Below, in pieces: positions 48,152 through 57,150 of a DNA stretch of 64,000 bases. The notes under the pieces are model-generated. The model had not been told where the DNA came from and ran no database searches. It saw only the letters and a list, made by a program, of their open reading frames with translations. The position numbers and the translations under genes are program-made. Origin of the DNA: Candidatus Kaiserbacteria bacterium (GTDB lineage Bacteria > Patescibacteriota > Minisyncoccia > Phycocordibacterales > UBA918); the NCBI GenBank assembly GCA_019634005.1, contig JAHQWD010000003.1, positions 2,525 through 66,524 on the forward strand, in the 5' to 3' direction. Within the stretch, counting starts at the first letter, position 1; the number at the start of each line of letters is the position of its first letter.

Positions 48152-48634
48152 ATGATTCGTCTTAAAACACTCCTTATTTTTGTCGCTGTTATCGTAGGTG
48201 TCTGGTTTACCTATGAACAGACAGTAGGGAAACCGCTCGGTACTTTTTTTAGTGTTCCAACTCATACGATGCGTGTCGGGAATGTACCAATGCGTGTGGA
48301 GATTGCACAGACTGAAGCAGAGCGTATACAAGGACTCTCTGACAGGGAATCTCTTGGAGAGGTCAGTGGACTGTTCTTTGTCTTCCCTCAAGCGGATTAC
48401 CACGGGGTCTGGATGAAAGATATGGAGTTTGCTATAGATGTTATCTGGATTAGTGAGGATCTAAAGGTGGTGGATATCTCACGTAATTTGCTACCACAGA
48501 GTTATCCAAAAATATTTAGACCATCTTCTCCTGCAAAATATGCGGTAGAGACAGAAGTACTCTTTACAGAGACGTTTGGTATAAAAATAGGCGACACGGT
48601 AGTGTTGCCAAGAGTGGTGGGAGAGGAGATATAA
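48152..48634 (+). CDS. DUF192 family protein
   Basis: N-terminal TM helix. Pattern MRVEIAQTEAERIQGLSDRESL...GLFFVFP...MKDMEFAIDVIWIS matches COG1430. Confidence 0.6.
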   Translation: MIRLKTLLIFVAVIVGVWFTYEQTVGKPLGTFFSVPTHTMRVGNVPMRVEIAQTEAERIQGLSDRESLGEVSGLFFVFPQADYHGVWMKDMEFAIDVIWISEDLKVVDISRNLLPQSYPKIFRPSSPAKYAVETEVLFTETFGIKIGDTVVLPRVVGEEI

Positions 48635-48695
48635 AAAAAGACGAGTGAAGCAGTGCTTTCTCGCTTTTCAAAAAAATGTACAAACAAAAATTGGA

Positions 48696-48737
48696 GGATG
48701 TCCCTCCCCAAGCATCCTTGAGGGATGTGGGGAGGGT
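48696..48737 (-). terminator. intrinsic terminator for a minus-strand transcript
   Basis: On the minus strand: CCCTCCCCACATCCC-tcaa-GGATGCTTGGGGAGGG, followed by acatcctccaaTTTTTgTTTgtacaTTTTTTT. Confidence 0.65.
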
Positions 48738-48754
48738 ACACCGGAGACGGCTGG

Positions 48755-48901
48755 TCAGTCAGCGCCGATTGCGTCCTGGTTGGCAATTGCAATATGGGCG
48801 GAGCCGACACCCCCGGAGTCGGTCAGCTGGATCGCGGCGGTTTTCGTGTCGAGGGCAATAGCGGTCAGAGCAACTTTGCTCGGCGGTGCGTGTGTACGCA
48901 T
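48755..48901 (-). CDS. candidate small protein (48 aa; up to 66 aa if started at 48955) in a 60%-GC patch; could instead be a non-coding RNA
   Basis: MRTHAPPSKVALTAIALDTKTAAIQLTDSGGVGSAHIAIANQDAIGAD. GGAG RBS 8 nt upstream of ATG 48901. Bracketed by a consensus promoter and a terminator on the same strand. Confidence 0.35.
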   Translation of the reverse strand: MRTHAPPSKVALTAIALDTKTAAIQLTDSGGVGSAHIAIANQDAIGAD

Positions 48902-48978
48902 GGTATTTCTCCATTGTTGACAGATCATCCGGGACACTTTGTCCCAGAACCCCACTACAGTATCGGTGAGGCTCTGCT

Positions 48979-49006
48979 ATTCTATAATACTCCAAGATAT
49001 TGTCAA
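48979..49006 (-). promoter_or_regulatory. sigma70-type promoter on minus strand (TTGACA-16-TAGAAT)
   Basis: Minus-strand reading ttgacaatatcttggagtattatagaat. The -35 box is plus 49001-49006 and the -10 box is plus 48979-48984. Confidence 0.6.
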
Positions 49007-49027
49007 CCTCCTAAAACTGTGTATAAT
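49000..49027 (+). promoter_or_regulatory. rnpB promoter (TTGTCA-16-TATAAT), -35 overlapping the divergent minus-strand -35
   Basis: Plus strand ttgtca (49000-49005), 16-nt spacer, tataat (49022-49027). Confidence 0.55.
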
Positions 49028-49032
49028 TATGG

Positions 49033-49355
49033 AGTCAGATAGTCGCTAAATACCTTGGTATTTAGAGGAAAGTCCGGACACGCCCCAGTATATGGGAGCA
49101 GGGTAGCGGGTAACACCCGTCTAAGGTAACTTACGAGGTGCGAGCAGAGACGCCCATATTCGAAAGATGCGGGATTCCCTCTGGGAATAGCTCTCATGGC
49201 AATATGAGAGGTGAAACGGCTAAATCCTTACCTGCGTGCAAGACCGTATTCTCGCGTTATGTGCACAGCTGTGTACGCGAGTCTGAGTCGCATGAGGAGT
49301 GCGGTAACGTACTTCCTAGGTAGATGACTATCCACGACAGAATCCGGCTTATCGA
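49033..49355 (+). ncRNA. rnpB: RNase P RNA (bacterial type A)
   Basis: GAGGAAAGTCCGGACAC (P4 5' strand), GGTGAAACGGC and, near the 3' end, GATGACTATCCACGACAGAATCCGGCTTATCG (cf. E. coli GAATGACTGTCCACGACAGAACCCGGCTTATCGG). Ends are approximate, +/-20 nt. Confidence 0.85.
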
Positions 49356-49395
49356 CACACAACAGAGCGCCTTCGGGCGCTCTGTTGTGTTACTA
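49356..49395 (+). terminator. intrinsic terminator after rnpB
   Basis: ACACAACAGAGCGCC-ttcg-GGCGCTCTGTTGTGT, a 15-bp stem. Confidence 0.65.
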
Positions 49396-49433
49396 TTATG
49401 GATATTAGAAAGGTTAGTTTGTACTGATTATAT

Positions 49434-51875
49434 ATGGAGGGAAATACACCGCGAGCATTCGCACGTGATCCGCTTGCACACAAATTGCAATCGATTGCAC
49501 ACACAATTTTGGTTATTGTCTTTGGACTATCACCGCTTATCTTTTTACCATTCTCACCGATTGCACCTGGTGCAACAAAGATCCTGGTGGTGATCTTTGG
49601 AATGGCCATTGCACTTGTATTCTTTAGTCTCTCAGTACTTCGCTCTGGACGACTTGCGTATAGTAAGTCTTACGCATTGTGGGCATTTTGGGGCGTGACT
49701 ATTGTTGCACTTATCTCCGCGCTCTTGTCTGGAGATATTGCTGATTCTTTAGTCGGATCAATGCTTGATGTACATACAGCACTCTTCTTGGTGCTTCTGG
49801 CAATCTCAATGACACTGTGGACGTTCTTTGATGTACGTAAGGATTCCATTATGCGTCTCTTTGTCCTGATTGTTGCATCGACCTTCATTCTTTTGCTCTT
49901 CCACTTTGCACGACTCCTCTTTGGAGCAGATTTCCTCTCACTCGGGGTGTTTGCAGATGCAACAGCGTCTCCAATTGGCTCATGGAACGATCTTGCTCTC
50001 TTCTTGGGGCTTATCATTCTCGTAGGATTGGTCACGCTTGAGCAATTGCCGCTTACAAAATGGGGGCGTATTGTTTTTGGGCTTGTAGTCGCGGCATCGC
50101 TCATCATGTTGATGATTATCAACTTCTACTTTGTCTGGGTAGTACTTGGTCTCGTGAGCCTCATCCTCATTGTGTACTCACACGGACGAAGTCGTTTTGT
50201 TGCGATGCAAGAAGGAGGGGAAGTGGGGAATCAGTCACTCCTTGCGGTGTCCGTACCAGTTGTAGTGTTCCTTATCTCAGTACTCTTTATGTTCGCGGGA
50301 GGTGCTATTGGTGGCGCAATCTCTGATAAGACAGGCGTCTCGTATCTTGAGGTTCGTCCATCGTTCCAAGCGACTGCTGATATCGCACGCGGTGTCTATG
50401 CGGATAACGCACTACTGGGTGTTGGTCCAAATCGCTTTGCTGATGCATGGCGTACACACAAGGACGTGTCTATTGGGAACACACAGTTCTGGAGTGTTGA
50501 CTTCCAGTCTGGAAATGGATACATCCCAACCTTCTTCGTGACCACAGGTGCGCTTGGAGGTATCGCGTGGATTGTCTTCTTGATTACCTTTGCGTATTCA
50601 AGTATCCGCACACTGCTCTACGCACAAGGACAGGACAAGATGTGGTACTTCATGATGACCTCGTCATTCGTAGCGGCCTTCTACATCTGGGGCATGTCAC
50701 TTCTCTATGTGCCGAACGTAAGTGTGCTGTTACTTGCAGCACTCTTTACGGGGATCACCTTCCTTTCACAGAGTATGCTTCAGCCGCAGCGTATGCGTAC
50801 CCTTGTCGTTGGTTCTGATAAGCGAAGTAGTTTCATCCTTACCTTTGTGGTCATGATCGTCATCGTGGTTGCAGTTGGCTCAATGTACAATATTGGACGC
50901 AGGTATTATTCAATCAACCTCTTTGGGCAGAGCGCGCGTCTCACGCAGACAGAGACATCACTTGATGTTATTGAACAGAAGCTGGTGAGTGCATTTGATG
51001 TTTCTCCAAATGATCTCTACGCTCGACGTCTTGCGGAGTATCAACTTGCCCGTATGCAGGTGTTTGCAAGTACTGCAGATCTCACGGAGCTTCAGCAACA
51101 ACAATTCCAGACTGCCATTGCAAATGGAATTAATGCGGGGCAACTTGCGATTGAGCGTGATGAGTCTGATCCACAGAACTGGGCAATACTCGGGCGTATC
51201 TATGGGCTTCTTGCAGGACTTGAGGTGGAAGGTGCCTATGATAGATCAAAGGCACACTTTGATCAGGCACGAGCACTTGATCCAAAGAACCCACTTCGAC
51301 CGCTTGAGCTTGCACAGCTCTCTGCACAGACAGGGGACATAGAAGGGGCTCGGACGTTGATCGACGAAGCAATTGAACTGAAGGCAAACTACAGTGATGC
51401 ATTCTTCCTCCTCTCACAGATTGATATTGCTGAGGGAGACGTGCAAAGTGCTGTTGATGCGACGCGTTCAATTATCTCCTTTGAGCCTCAGAATCCAACG
51501 CGGTACTACCAATTAGGACTCCTCGAGATTTCCAGACAAGGTTGGACCGCAGCGGGACAAGCATTCGCTGAAGCGATACGTCTCAATCCAGAATACTCTA
51601 ACGCGCGATATTTCCTTGGCTTGATGTATAGCCAACTTGGCGATACGGAGAATGCCTTACTCCAGATGCAGGAAGTGTTGGATCGGAATCCTGATAACGA
51701 ACTCGTTCTCTCACATATTGAAGAACTCGAGCGTACAGGAGTGATCACCTCTGTGGATCTCGGAGGACAGCAGGTGGTACAGGGTGAAGAGGGGGTCACA
51801 CAGTCTGGTGGTAGTGTCACCTCAGACTCTGCGCCTGATACACCACTCGTGACACCAGTTAACACTCCAGAATAG
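49434..51875 (+). CDS. O-antigen ligase/polymerase-like (Wzy_C) multi-TM protein with C-terminal TPR repeats
   Basis: ~12 TM helices in the first ~480 aa. C-terminal TPR-like repeats (ARALDPKNP..., AIELKANYSDAFFLLSQ..., AIRLNPEYSNARYFLGLMY). Confidence 0.6.
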   Translation: MEGNTPRAFARDPLAHKLQSIAHTILVIVFGLSPLIFLPFSPIAPGATKILVVIFGMAIALVFFSLSVLRSGRLAYSKSYALWAFWGVTIVALISALLSGDIADSLVGSMLDVHTALFLVLLAISMTLWTFFDVRKDSIMRLFVLIVASTFILLLFHFARLLFGADFLSLGVFADATASPIGSWNDLALFLGLIILVGLVTLEQLPLTKWGRIVFGLVVAASLIMLMIINFYFVWVVLGLVSLILIVYSHGRSRFVAMQEGGEVGNQSLLAVSVPVVVFLISVLFMFAGGAIGGAISDKTGVSYLEVRPSFQATADIARGVYADNALLGVGPNRFADAWRTHKDVSIGNTQFWSVDFQSGNGYIPTFFVTTGALGGIAWIVFLITFAYSSIRTLLYAQGQDKMWYFMMTSSFVAAFYIWGMSLLYVPNVSVLLLAALFTGITFLSQSMLQPQRMRTLVVGSDKRSSFILTFVVMIVIVVAVGSMYNIGRRYYSINLFGQSARLTQTETSLDVIEQKLVSAFDVSPNDLYARRLAEYQLARMQVFASTADLTELQQQQFQTAIANGINAGQLAIERDESDPQNWAILGRIYGLLAGLEVEGAYDRSKAHFDQARALDPKNPLRPLELAQLSAQTGDIEGARTLIDEAIELKANYSDAFFLLSQIDIAEGDVQSAVDATRSIISFEPQNPTRYYQLGLLEISRQGWTAAGQAFAEAIRLNPEYSNARYFLGLMYSQLGDTENALLQMQEVLDRNPDNELVLSHIEELERTGVITSVDLGGQQVVQGEEGVTQSGGSVTSDSAPDTPLVTPVNTPE

Positions 51876-51878
51876 CGC

Positions 51879-53528
51879 ATGGTGCGACGGGTACTGAATG
51901 CAGTATACAAAGAAGTTCGTGGACTTCATCAGGCGGCGTACGTCTTGGCCTCATTTGCGGTAGGGTCACAACTCTTAGCATTGATACGTGATCGATTACT
52001 TGCACATCAGTTTGGTGCAGGGGGAGAACTTGATCTCTACTATGCTGCATTTCGTCTCCCTGACATTCTTTACGTACTCTTTGCGTCAACACTCTCTGTC
52101 TACGTACTAATCCCGTTTGTTGCCAAGGCAAAAGAAGAAGGGCGGAGGATAATGAGTGAGGTGTTCACATTCTTCTGTATCGCGTATGCAATTCTTGCAG
52201 TTGTCCTTGGTATCTTTGCACCTCAGTTGGTAGCCATACTATTCCCAGGATTTGCTGACTCAGAAACATTAGTGCTTCTGATTCGTATTCTGCTGTTACA
52301 GCCATTTTTCCTTGGGCTCTCAAGTCTCTTTGGGGTCATTACCCAGATGGGGCATCGGTTTGTGCTCTATGCACTCTCTCCGCTCATCTACAATATAGGG
52401 ATTATCATCGGTGTACTTTTCTTTTACCCGATATATGGACTCCAAGGACTTGTCTTTGGAGTCGTGCTTGGGGCGTTGGGGCATGCCGCAATCCAACTTC
52501 CTTTTGTATTTCAAAGTGATATTCGTCCACGGTTGGTGGGGACATCAGAGAATATTGGGAAGGTGCTCCGTGTATCTGTACCACGCGCACTGACGCTTGC
52601 ACTACATCAATTTGTACTCTTAGGGCTGGTTGGTTTTGCGAGCGTTATGACCGAAGGGTCGGTCGCGGTGCTCCAGTTCGGATTTAACCTCCAGTCCATT
52701 CCACTTGCCATCATTGGGGTGAGTTATTCTGTGGCCGCGTTTCCAATGCTCGCAGGACTGTATGCAGACGGAAAGATGGATGCATTTCGGACGCACATTA
52801 TGACCGCACTGCGGCATATTATCTTTTGGTCTGTGCCCATATTGGCGCTTGTGGTGGTGATCCGTGCACAGCTGGTGCGAGTGATTTTGGGAAGTGGTGC
52901 ATTTTCTTGGGAGGATACCCGCCTCACCGCGGCGGTATTGGCACTCTTTGTGTTCTCGCTCCTTGCACAGGCAATACATCTTCTGGTCGTCCGTGCATTC
53001 TATGCGATCGGGAATACCAAGATTCCGTTTTTGGTCACACTAGGATCGTCGCTCCTTGCAGTTGTGTTTGCATATATTGGGATTGAAACATTTCCAGTGT
53101 TCCAAGAAGGTATCGAGGCGCTCTTCCGTGTAGAAGGGGTGTCTGGTACGGAGGTGCTCATGCTTCCGCTTGCGTATTCTCTTGCACTGATTCTTCATGC
53201 CGTGACACTTCTCCTTTTTGCAGTACGCCGTATAGAGATATCTGGACGTATCATCTTCGCACAGGTGTCTCGTGCGGTGCTTGCAGCGATACTCGCGGGA
53301 CTTTCTGCGTACGCGACGTTGAATGTCGTCGTACATGTATTTGATCAGAACACACTTATGGGAGTATTCCTGCAAGGATTTGTGGCAGGGGTCGTTGGAA
53401 TTGTCGGAGGAGTAATGGGGTACGCACTCCAGAAGAGTCCAGAGTTAGATGAGGTGGTGCGGGCGCTGCATAGTAGGGTGTTTACGTCAAAGGTGGCGGA
53501 ATCTGCGGATGTTGCGCCGAGGGATTAG
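51879..53528 (+). CDS. murJ: lipid II flippase MurJ (MviN)
   Basis: 14-TM MOP-family pattern. N-terminal SQLLALIRDRLLAHQFGAGGELDLYYAAFRLPDILY. Confidence 0.85.
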   Translation: MVRRVLNAVYKEVRGLHQAAYVLASFAVGSQLLALIRDRLLAHQFGAGGELDLYYAAFRLPDILYVLFASTLSVYVLIPFVAKAKEEGRRIMSEVFTFFCIAYAILAVVLGIFAPQLVAILFPGFADSETLVLLIRILLLQPFFLGLSSLFGVITQMGHRFVLYALSPLIYNIGIIIGVLFFYPIYGLQGLVFGVVLGALGHAAIQLPFVFQSDIRPRLVGTSENIGKVLRVSVPRALTLALHQFVLLGLVGFASVMTEGSVAVLQFGFNLQSIPLAIIGVSYSVAAFPMLAGLYADGKMDAFRTHIMTALRHIIFWSVPILALVVVIRAQLVRVILGSGAFSWEDTRLTAAVLALFVFSLLAQAIHLLVVRAFYAIGNTKIPFLVTLGSSLLAVVFAYIGIETFPVFQEGIEALFRVEGVSGTEVLMLPLAYSLALILHAVTLLLFAVRRIEISGRIIFAQVSRAVLAAILAGLSAYATLNVVVHVFDQNTLMGVFLQGFVAGVVGIVGGVMGYALQKSPELDEVVRALHSRVFTSKVAESADVAPRD

Positions 53529-53549
53529 CTCTAGTAGAGTAGTGAGCAC

Positions 53550-55334
53550 ATGAAGCAGATTCGCAATTTTTCTATTATCGCGCACATAGATCACGGGAAG
53601 TCCACTTTGGCTGACCGCATGCTTGAGGCTACCAAGACAGTAGAAGCACGAAAGATGAAAGACCAGGTGCTCGATTCTATGGAATTGGAACGGGAGCGAG
53701 GCATTACCATCAAAATGCAACCTGTCCGCATGACCTACGACCGCGGTGGTGAGATGTATGAACTCAATCTCATTGATACTCCAGGACACATAGACTTTTC
53801 ATATGAGGTGTCACGTGCGCTCAAGGCAGTGGAGGGGGTCCTTCTTTTGGTAGATAGTACCCAAGGTGTGCAGGCACAGACATTGACGACACTTCAGATG
53901 GCGAAGGATCAAGGACTTACCATTATTCCTGTCCTGACTAAAATAGATGCACCGCATGCACGGACTGATGAAGTAGGGGAGGAATTGATGTCGCTTCTGG
54001 ATTGCGCGCGGGAAGATATCATGCTGGTATCTGGAAAGACAGGAGAGGGAGTTGATACGCTCCTTGAGGCAATCTGTGAGCGTATTCCTGCTCCAGAGAA
54101 GAAGAATGCGGGAGAGTTCCGTGGTCTCATCTTCGATTTTCACTATTCTAATCACCGAGGAATCATCGTGTATTTCCGTGTGTTTGAAGGGAGTGTCAAA
54201 AGTGGAGAGAATCTTAAGTTTATTGTTGCTGGGAAGACATTCCAGGCACTTGAAGTCGGCGTACTTTCTCCAGAAGAGCAACCGATGGATATACTCTCTG
54301 AGGGAGAGATTGGGTACATTGTAACGGGAATTAAAGAGCCAGGGATTGCGCGCGTGGGAGACACGCTTGCGCGTACGAATGGTGCAAAAGAAGCGCTTGC
54401 AGGGTATCAGGAGGCACGTCCCGTGGTGTGGGCGTCTGTGTACCCAGAGAGCCAAGATGAGTTCGATATTCTGAGGCAAGCGCTTGATAAATTGAAACTC
54501 TCAGACTCTTCACTCTCGTACGAAGAAGAATCCTCAGGAATACTGGGGCGTGGATTTCGGTGTGGTTTTTTGGGGATGCTTCACCTTGAGATTATCACCG
54601 AGCGTCTCAGACGGGAGTTCAGTATAGAACTCATCATCACTGCGCCGTCTATTGTCTATGAGATAACCAAACAAGATGGTTCGATAGAGGAGGTGTATGC
54701 CGCCTCACGGTTTCCAGACTATGGAGAGAAGGTGACAGTGCGAGAGCCGTGGGTGCTTGCGCAAATTATCATGCCGCCAGAGTACATGGGGTCTACTATG
54801 ACGCTTCTTTATGATCATGAGGGGAATGTACTTGATACGGAGACCTTTAAAGATGGGCGGACGCTTTTGAATATAGAAATGCCCCTTCGTGAACTGATGC
54901 GAAACTTCTTTGATAAGTTAAAGAATGCAACAAGTGGATATGCGTCACTCTCCTATGAGATCGCAGAACTTCGTCCTGCGGACGTTGTTCGGCTAGATAT
55001 CCTTGTTGCAGAAGAGGAAGTACCTGCGTTTGCACGTGTGGTAGGAGTTCGGCGTGTAGAGACTGACGCAAAAGCAATGGTGGAGAAGCTCTACAAGACA
55101 CTCCCACGACAAATGTTTGTGACCAAGATTCAGGCGAAAGCGATGGGACGCATCATCTCTTCACGAACACTGTCTGCGATGAAAAAGGATGTGACCGCAA
55201 AACTCTATGGGGGAGATATTACACGAAAGATGAAGCTTCGGGAGAAGCAGAAGAAAGGAAAGAAAAAGATGCTCGAGCGTGGAAAGGTAAATATTCCACA
55301 GGACGTCTTTATGAAAATGGTGAAATCAGAGTAG
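53550..55334 (+). CDS. lepA: elongation factor 4 (LepA)
   Basis: NFSIIAHIDHGKSTLADR and DTPGHIDF, plus the LepA-specific C-terminal domain. Confidence 0.95.
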   Translation: MKQIRNFSIIAHIDHGKSTLADRMLEATKTVEARKMKDQVLDSMELERERGITIKMQPVRMTYDRGGEMYELNLIDTPGHIDFSYEVSRALKAVEGVLLLVDSTQGVQAQTLTTLQMAKDQGLTIIPVLTKIDAPHARTDEVGEELMSLLDCAREDIMLVSGKTGEGVDTLLEAICERIPAPEKKNAGEFRGLIFDFHYSNHRGIIVYFRVFEGSVKSGENLKFIVAGKTFQALEVGVLSPEEQPMDILSEGEIGYIVTGIKEPGIARVGDTLARTNGAKEALAGYQEARPVVWASVYPESQDEFDILRQALDKLKLSDSSLSYEEESSGILGRGFRCGFLGMLHLEIITERLRREFSIELIITAPSIVYEITKQDGSIEEVYAASRFPDYGEKVTVREPWVLAQIIMPPEYMGSTMTLLYDHEGNVLDTETFKDGRTLLNIEMPLRELMRNFFDKLKNATSGYASLSYEIAELRPADVVRLDILVAEEEVPAFARVVGVRRVETDAKAMVEKLYKTLPRQMFVTKIQAKAMGRIISSRTLSAMKKDVTAKLYGGDITRKMKLREKQKKGKKKMLERGKVNIPQDVFMKMVKSE

Positions 55335-55467
55335 GAGTTCTCCGCCGCCAGAGAAGACGAGCACCATACTGAGAATAATGATAAGTGCCACAACCATCCA
55401 GACTGCTTTAAATGCTTTTTTTGCTCGCTTATCAAAGAGAAGACTCATAGTGCTACAATAGTACCAC

Positions 55468-55857
55468 ATGTTTGATTTCCATGAAAAACGGAAAATACGA
55501 AGTTGGTTGTATTCTAAGACAACTATCGTCATTCTTTTTATTCTTGCGATCCTACTCTCATTCAGTGTCTACGAACGATTTGTGGTAGAGCGGAAGGTGG
55601 CCGAAAAGCGGGCAGAACGGGAGGGAGATCTTCTCCGTCTAGAAGAGCGTGCGGCAGCGCTTGAGGAGAACATAGAACATCTTGAGAGTGATCGAGGGCT
55701 TGAGGAAGAGTTGCGAAGTCGATTTGATGTCGCAAAAGAAGGAGAGCGGGTCATTATTATTGTTGATTCTGACGAAGAAAATGTTACAAAAACACTCCCT
55801 AGTTCGCGGAAAGAACATAAGCGATCTTTCATTGATCGGCTCAAATTTTGGGAATAG
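55468..55857 (+). CDS. septum formation initiator family protein (FtsB/DivIC-like)
   Basis: An N-terminal TM helix, then a coiled coil (AEKRAEREGDLLRLEERAAALEENIEHLESD). Confidence 0.55.
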   Translation: MFDFHEKRKIRSWLYSKTTIVILFILAILLSFSVYERFVVERKVAEKRAEREGDLLRLEERAAALEENIEHLESDRGLEEELRSRFDVAKEGERVIIIVDSDEENVTKTLPSSRKEHKRSFIDRLKFWE

Positions 55858-55907
55858 AGGAGAGTGCGGTATACTGTCCCTAACTTACAATTAGTTTACA
55901 TAACATC

Positions 55908-56141
55908 ATGGAACAAGTAACGATTTACACAACACCGACCTGCCATTTTTGCCACGCAGCGAAGGACTTCTTTAAAGAGAACGATGTAGCATTTGAAGAA
56001 CACGATGTGGCTGCTGACCAAGAAAAGCGTCAGGAAATGATTGAGATGACTGGACAGATGGGGGTGCCAGTGATCAAGATTGGTAACGATGTCGTTATTG
56101 GTTTCGATGAAGGAAAAGTAAAGGAACTGCTCAAGATCTAA
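55908..56141 (+). CDS. glutaredoxin-like / NrdH-like redoxin
   Basis: 77 aa. CHFC active site in the MEQVTIYTTPTCHFCHAAKDF context. C-terminal GVPVIKIG. Confidence 0.8.
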   Translation: MEQVTIYTTPTCHFCHAAKDFFKENDVAFEEHDVAADQEKRQEMIEMTGQMGVPVIKIGNDVVIGFDEGKVKELLKI

Positions 56142-56164
56142 GTATTCTTCCCGGAAGGAGGTAT

Positions 56165-56191
56165 GAAAAAAGCGCTGTGGTAGCGCTTTTT
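56165..56191. terminator. bidirectional intrinsic terminator
   Basis: AAAAAAGCGCTgtggtAGCGCTTTTTT, between convergent grx and tRNA-Arg. Confidence 0.75.
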
Positions 56192-56197
56192 TCTTTG

Positions 56198-56269
56198 TGC
56201 CCCCACCAGGAGTTGAACCTAGATCCTCGCGTTAGGAGTGCGATGTTCTATCCATTGAACTACAGGGGC
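56198..56269 (-). tRNA. tRNA-Arg (CCT)
   Basis: Minus strand GCCCCTGTAGTTCAATGGATAGAACATCGCACTCCTAACGCGAGGATCTAGGTTCAACTCCTGGTGGGGGCA. Anticodon loop CTCCTAA. Confidence 0.85.
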
Positions 56270-56331
56270 GTGCGTTTTACTCTAGCATAATATCCCTTTA
56301 ATTTTAAAGATATTCTGCTATAATCCTTCCT

Positions 56332-56631
56332 ATGCCTCGAGAGGAGGAACACATTGAAATGAAGAGACTGCTGGAAGAAAATAATCGGCTTGTCTCAGAT
56401 AACAATAAACTGCTCAAGAAGATGCATCGCAATGAGATGATCAGCCTTTGGCTTCGTATCATCTGGTATGCAGTCTTGATTGGTATTCCGTTTGCGCTCT
56501 ACATTTACGTGCTTGAGCCGTATTTTGACGCATTTGGATCTTCATACGAAACCTTTGTAGAAGGAATTGAAGAACTTCCTGGACTTAAAGGACTCGGTGA
56601 AGCATTGGGTGGTAAAAACGTCCTTGAATAA
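56332..56631 (+). CDS. hypothetical small membrane protein
   Basis: A coiled-coil N-terminus plus one TM helix. Confidence 0.45.
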   Translation: MPREEEHIEMKRLLEENNRLVSDNNKLLKKMHRNEMISLWLRIIWYAVLIGIPFALYIYVLEPYFDAFGSSYETFVEGIEELPGLKGLGEALGGKNVLE

Positions 56632-56635
56632 CACG

Positions 56636-56710
56636 CTTGGGTAGCTCAGTTGGTAGAGCATTCGCCTGAAGAGCGAAGGGTCAGCAGTTCGAGCCTGCTC
56701 CCAAGCACCA
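56636..56710 (+). tRNA. tRNA-Phe (GAA)
   Basis: GCTTGGGTAGCTCAGTTGGTAGAGCATTCGCCTGAAGAGCGAAGGGTCAGCAGTTCGAGCCTGCTCCCAAGCACCA. CCA is encoded. Confidence 0.9.
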
Positions 56711-56715
56711 TGATA

Positions 56716-56741
56716 AAAAACTCCCGTGGGGGAGTTTTTTA
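56716..56741 (+). terminator. intrinsic terminator
   Basis: AAAAAACTCCCgtggGGGAGTTTTTT. Confidence 0.75.
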
Positions 56742-56803
56742 TTTTGACTTTCCCATACTAAAATGATATTTTCGAATCATCATGATCCTTGAGGAGAAAA
56801 TGA

Positions 56804-57100
56804 ATGCCGCACGTAGCTGTCCAAAAATGGGCTGAAGGGGAGGAAATTTTTTCTCTCCACCTTACGCCGAAAGACGTACGGGAGTTTCCCCGCTTCTTTA
56901 TGGCTGAAGCGACAAAGAATGAGAGGAGTTATTCCTATCAAGTCGACGGAGTAGCTGTTGTCTACGGGATTTCTACCGCTGTCTTTGACGAGATCAAGAA
57001 GCAGCTTGAACAACAAACTGATCAGAAGCTTGGGGTGTGGGCAAAAAACATCCCTGAAACGGCAGAAAGGATTGGCATTGACGGACTTGTACAATGGTGA
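56804..57100 (+). CDS. hypothetical protein
   Basis: 98 aa, no recognisable domain. Followed by the bidirectional terminator AAAAAGCCCGAACGCataccgtGCGTTCGGGCT (57105-57147). Confidence 0.45.
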   Translation: MPHVAVQKWAEGEEIFSLHLTPKDVREFPRFFMAEATKNERSYSYQVDGVAVVYGISTAVFDEIKKQLEQQTDQKLGVWAKNIPETAERIGIDGLVQW

Positions 57101-57150
57101 AAACAAAAAGCCCGAACGCATACCGTGCGTTCGGGCTCCTGTTTTTTAAT

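Noticed and set aside
48660-49010. tmRNA, SRP RNA or a riboswitch in the GC-rich patch
   Set aside because: There is no tRNA-like T-arm (GGTTCGA) or ...LAA tag ORF for tmRNA. There is no GGAAGCAGC-type domain IV motif for SRP RNA. No gene follows on the plus strand except rnpB.
49324-49609. Small ORFs on both strands overlapping rnpB and its terminator
   Set aside because: They overlap a confidently identified RNase P RNA.
55326-55532. 68-aa minus-strand ORF (possible 40-aa TM peptide from ATG 55449) between lepA and the FtsB-like gene
   Set aside because: There is no RBS. It overlaps the lepA stop region. Hydrophobic peptides are common artefacts in antisense frames, so it was not annotated.
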